64,000 bases of DNA from the human T2T-CHM13v2.0 reference genome, Homo sapiens: assembly GCF_009914755.1 (NCBI RefSeq), contig NC_060935.1; one strand, written 5' to 3'. Positions 58,810 through 64,000 of this stretch are shown piece after piece. Position 1 is the stretch's first letter. Each line of letters begins with the position of its first letter. Below the pieces are notes generated by a model, which searched no databases, was not told the origin of the DNA, and saw nothing but the letters and a program-made list of their open reading frames with translations. The translations under genes were made by a program, and so were the position numbers.

Positions 58810-59940
58810 GTATGGATGATTTCACTAAAAACAAGTCATATTAGTGTATCTGCTTTTCTTCTATAATGGTTATTAAATCAGTAGATCAAGGGAATGCTTC
58901 CAGAGATTTAGGACAAATATGACAAAATCTTAGTAAATATCCTTATGAAAATAAAAAAGAAAATGTAAGTTGGATGTTGGCTAAATTATATGAGCCATGT
59001 ATCTAGTTAAATAATCATGTTCAAAGCATATTAATTAATAGACATATGTCAGTTCATTCATTCATTCTTCAATTATAAACTCTTATTAAGCAGCAAATAT
59101 TTGTCAGGCACTATGTTAAGCCTTAGAGATACTAAGAAGATCAAACTGTGGTCTCACAATCTATTAGGAAGAAGCAGGGCTGTCACCAATAACTGTGATA
59201 GGCTGTTCATTAACTATGACAATAATAATCTAGCTTAAAGAAAAATCTTTAGTGAGAAGAAAAGATACTTCCAAAGCCTTAATCTTATTCACCATTTTTA
59301 CCAATAATGTGGCTAATGCCAGCAAGAACTTGCTTACTATTTTGCAGATGTCATAGAACTTGTGGAAATAGCTAGACATTGGTAGATCAAAATAAGAAGT
59401 CAAGAAAATCTCAATGGATGGGAATAATGGGCTAAAACCAGTAAGATGAATTAAATATAAATTAATGTGGTGATCTACATTGAGGTTAAAAGAACACAAC
59501 CACGTGAATACAGTACTTGGAAGACGTAGCTTGACAGCAGCTAATATGAAAAAGACCTGACTCTCAGTCAAACACAAACTCGATATAGCTTAGCAGTGAT
59601 ATATAATGTCTAAAACCTTGAGGTTTCATGATCAAAACAGCAGATCCAGGCCAAGGACAGTTACGACACAAGTGTATTCTATGCTGGTAAGGATGATTCT
59701 GCGTCGTGGTCCAGTTCTGTGGGACGCTTCAAGGCAGTATTTGACATATTAGAGAGGATCTAGCAGGAGGCAATGAGGGGGAGTTTTTGTATGAAAACTT
59801 CTACTTTATATTTTTAAAACTTATAAGAAAAGAGGGCACTTTAGCCTAAAGAAAGAAGTTGTAATGAGTCGTGTCATTGTGTTTTTTAACACTGAGTAGA
59901 ATTACTCTACGAAGTCCCAGAAGGTAAAATAGGAATAACT
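58810..59940 (+). mobile_element. Fragmented CR1/L3, with an L2 3' fragment at about 59052-59220
   Basis: TTCACTAAAAACAAGTCAT, AGATCAAGGGAATGC and TATTCTATGCTGGTAAG..GTCCAGTTCTG resemble the CR1/L3 RT region. Confidence 0.55.
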
Positions 59941-60348
59941 GACTTTTCTATTGGGATTTATTCTTTGCAAAGAGCTGTCTTATTAATTATATCATTTGGT
60001 TCTTATAATTACCTTGAGAGTTAGGCAATGCATACACTACCATTACCACCATTTTATAGGTTGGAAAACTAAAATTCAGAAAAGTTGAGGCTTACCCAAA
60101 GTGGAAAAGTTGAGGGCCCAAATCCCAATTTTTTGAGCCCAAACCTATGCTTGTCCCACAATGCCATGCCGTCCTTCCACTTGGAAGCAGATTTTATCTC
60201 AGTATAAAAAATAAAAACATTTTTAATAATAAAGAGCACACAAAAATGAAACAGATTAATGAAACAAATAAAGATTTCCTTTTCCTGAAAAAAAGCAAAC
60301 ATGGGCTGAGGATTTTGTGTCAGGCACTTCATAGGTGACTGCTTCTTA

Positions 60349-61577
<1,229 letters not shown>

Positions 61578-64000
61578 AGAATAAATATTTACTGTGAGAA
61601 AAAGAGAGTGAAAAAGAAAGAGATTCAAGTTGATATTCAGGAGACATCGATGGAGTTCATTCATTCACTTTGCAAAGATTCACTGACCACTTACTATGTA
61701 GTACATAGTCCTAGAATAGTGATAAACATACCAGACTTGAAAATAGAAATCCTGGTATTGAGTACGGGTTCACTCAGTTATCATCTGTGTGCTTTTTTGA
61801 GTATAAATTTTGCCATATGTCAAGGTTTATAAAATCCATGTCAAGAATTACAAGGATTGGATGAAATAATATTTTAAAAGTAGTAAGCACATAGCAGGAG
61901 CTTAATAAATATTAGTTCCCTTCTCCCCTTTACATATGAAAGTTGCCATCAGTTCCCAAAAGACAGTTTGTATGAATTTAATACGACATTAAGACAGGAC
62001 CAACATGTAAAGAAAGTGGAAGGGCAAGTGAAGACTTTCTCGGTGTTCACATTGCTTTGCTGGTTTGAAGGTGACCACTAAGGCTTAATTTTGTAAAAAG
62101 CCTGGGGCACAGCATGTTCTAGAACTTTATTTGATCTTGAATTCTCAGCCTAAGATTTCTTTCTTCTCACTGATCTTTGTACATTGTTGAGTAAATTGTA
62201 CTGGTTTCTTATTCTCAGACAGAATTAGAGATAATAAGATATTTGTCTGCTGTATACTCATGGATGAAAAGGATATAAAGGCCCTGTTTTATAATAATTT
62301 TGTTATTATAAATAACAAAATTTATAATATGCATCTAAACATGCTTCAAATCAGAGAGAAAAAAATAATCAATTGCCTAAAAATGAGGAATTTTCCTTTT
62401 AGTGGATTTAACAGTTACACATTTCTGTTTTGGAAATCAAGCTTCTTGGTTGTAACTAGAGTAGTTTAGGATGTGATGTTTTGGATAATTTTGCCAACTT
62501 CATGTTCTGGTCAGAAATAAGAACATCAGGAGACAATGGCTCATGAGTTACCAAAGATTGTTGGTTTGTATGCAAGCTCACCAAATATGGAAACCAGGTT
62601 TGTAAACAAAATCTTGCTTAGCCCTGCTGAGCCATTCTTCCAGAAAAAAATACTAAGTATAGATTTGTTTTATTTTTTCTTCTGTTTTACCTTAATATAT
62701 AAACCAAATATTTGTTCAGCTCTCACCTCAAAGAATTAACAAAAATTATGAATGCCTATCAAATATAGAACTGGTTTATTCACATTCCTCTCTTACTATA
62801 TATTCAAAAGGGTAAAAGATAACAAAGAATATAGGATTAATCTGTTTAGTTTCCTATGTTGAGAATGTACATTTAATATACATGAAGCAGTTTAATAGCA
62901 ATATAAAATGTATTTAATGTTCGTAATAGTAAACATTTACCGTGTACCTAACCATGCACACCCTCCTTGAGGAACATAATCTGGTGGAAGTGGAAGATGT
63001 CAGATATAGAGAAATTTATAATAATAGTATAATGTAAGATGAGTTTCATTAGAGCTTAGGACCATGGTACTATCAGGGAGCTATTACAAAATAAGATGGT
63101 ATGTCTATGTATACTGGAGTTGGGGGAGAGAGACAGACAGAGAGGGTCCTCACACTAAAAAAAAAGCGTCTTGTTAGGCCAAGCAATACCCTATTTAATA
63201 ACTTGAAAATTACATAATGCAAAATTTACCAAGGAATGCAAAACAGCAATTCTCTTTCCAGCATATTAAGAAAAAAATAATTCTCAACTCCCAAATATCT
63301 AAGAATTATCTGGAAGCATTAAAATGCAAATTTTCAGCTTCACACCAAGATATTCTGATGCAGCAGCTCTGAAATGATGCATTGAAGTTTTCAGGTTCCA
63401 TAACCCAGGTGATTCTGATACAGACATTATGCAGATCTCATTTTGAATAATACCACCAAAAGAATAAAAATTAGATATAACTGGATATAGCTCTTTCAAT
63501 CACAGAATCCAAAGACTTAAAACTCCTTGAACAAAAACATAAATCCCTTTAAAAAAGAATTAAGAAAATAACTGTATTAAAAATCAAAGTAATTAACCAT
63601 GATAATTATCACAATTCCTTCTTTCGTTTCATCCAGATGGTACTATCAACTACAAAAGGATGATTTAGGTTTGTCTCTAAGATAAACTTTCTGACAAAAA
63701 GAGAATCATTTGGATGGTAGAACAAATTATTAGAGATGAGTAGAGAACTTCTTTTCCTTGATACAACTTAGATGGTAACTCCATGATATCAAAACAACCA
63801 TTTAAATGAGGTAGGGGGATTCAACTCATCAAGCATTTCCTAGGGAGAATCTATCAGGTGTATAACACTGTGGCAGATACTTGATGGTCTGGGGAGAAAG
63901 GATGGGATTTTCGTCCCCATAAGCCTAAGTTCTTGAGGAAACAAAACTAGCACTTAAGAGAAAAATACAAAATCCCATGAAACATGCAACTGATTATATA

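Overview
Primate (human or great-ape-like) genomic DNA: AT-rich, repeat-dense and intronic or intergenic in character. I found no CpG island and no confidently supported protein-coding exon. Nearly all long ORFs in the track derive from L1, Alu, MaLR or simple repeats. The window records layered transposon insertions: CR1/L3, L2, MIR, L1M, MaLR (MLT1, MST), a MER34-like ERV1 LTR, MER44, MADE1/MADE2, L1PA/PB and AluJ/S/Y. The most notable items are: (1) an inverted, apparently DNA-templated copy of an Alu tail plus about 60 bp of flank, 12 kb from its source and sitting at a deletion junction; (2) a ~80-bp young-L1-type patch inside an older L1PA7-like element, suggesting gene conversion; (3) a local ~180-bp duplication with a perfectly identical 55-bp core; (4) a tailless, TSD-flanked 34-nt U2 snRNA retrocopy, plus a second unexplained 37-bp TSD-flanked insert; (5) a 1.37-kb palindromic purine-pyrimidine array with nine CACGTG boxes; (6) three 5'-inverted (twin-primed) L1s; and (7) a MADE1 hairpin with matched changes in both arms. 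Subfamily names come from recalled consensus motifs, not a database search. Boundaries of old repeats are approximate.
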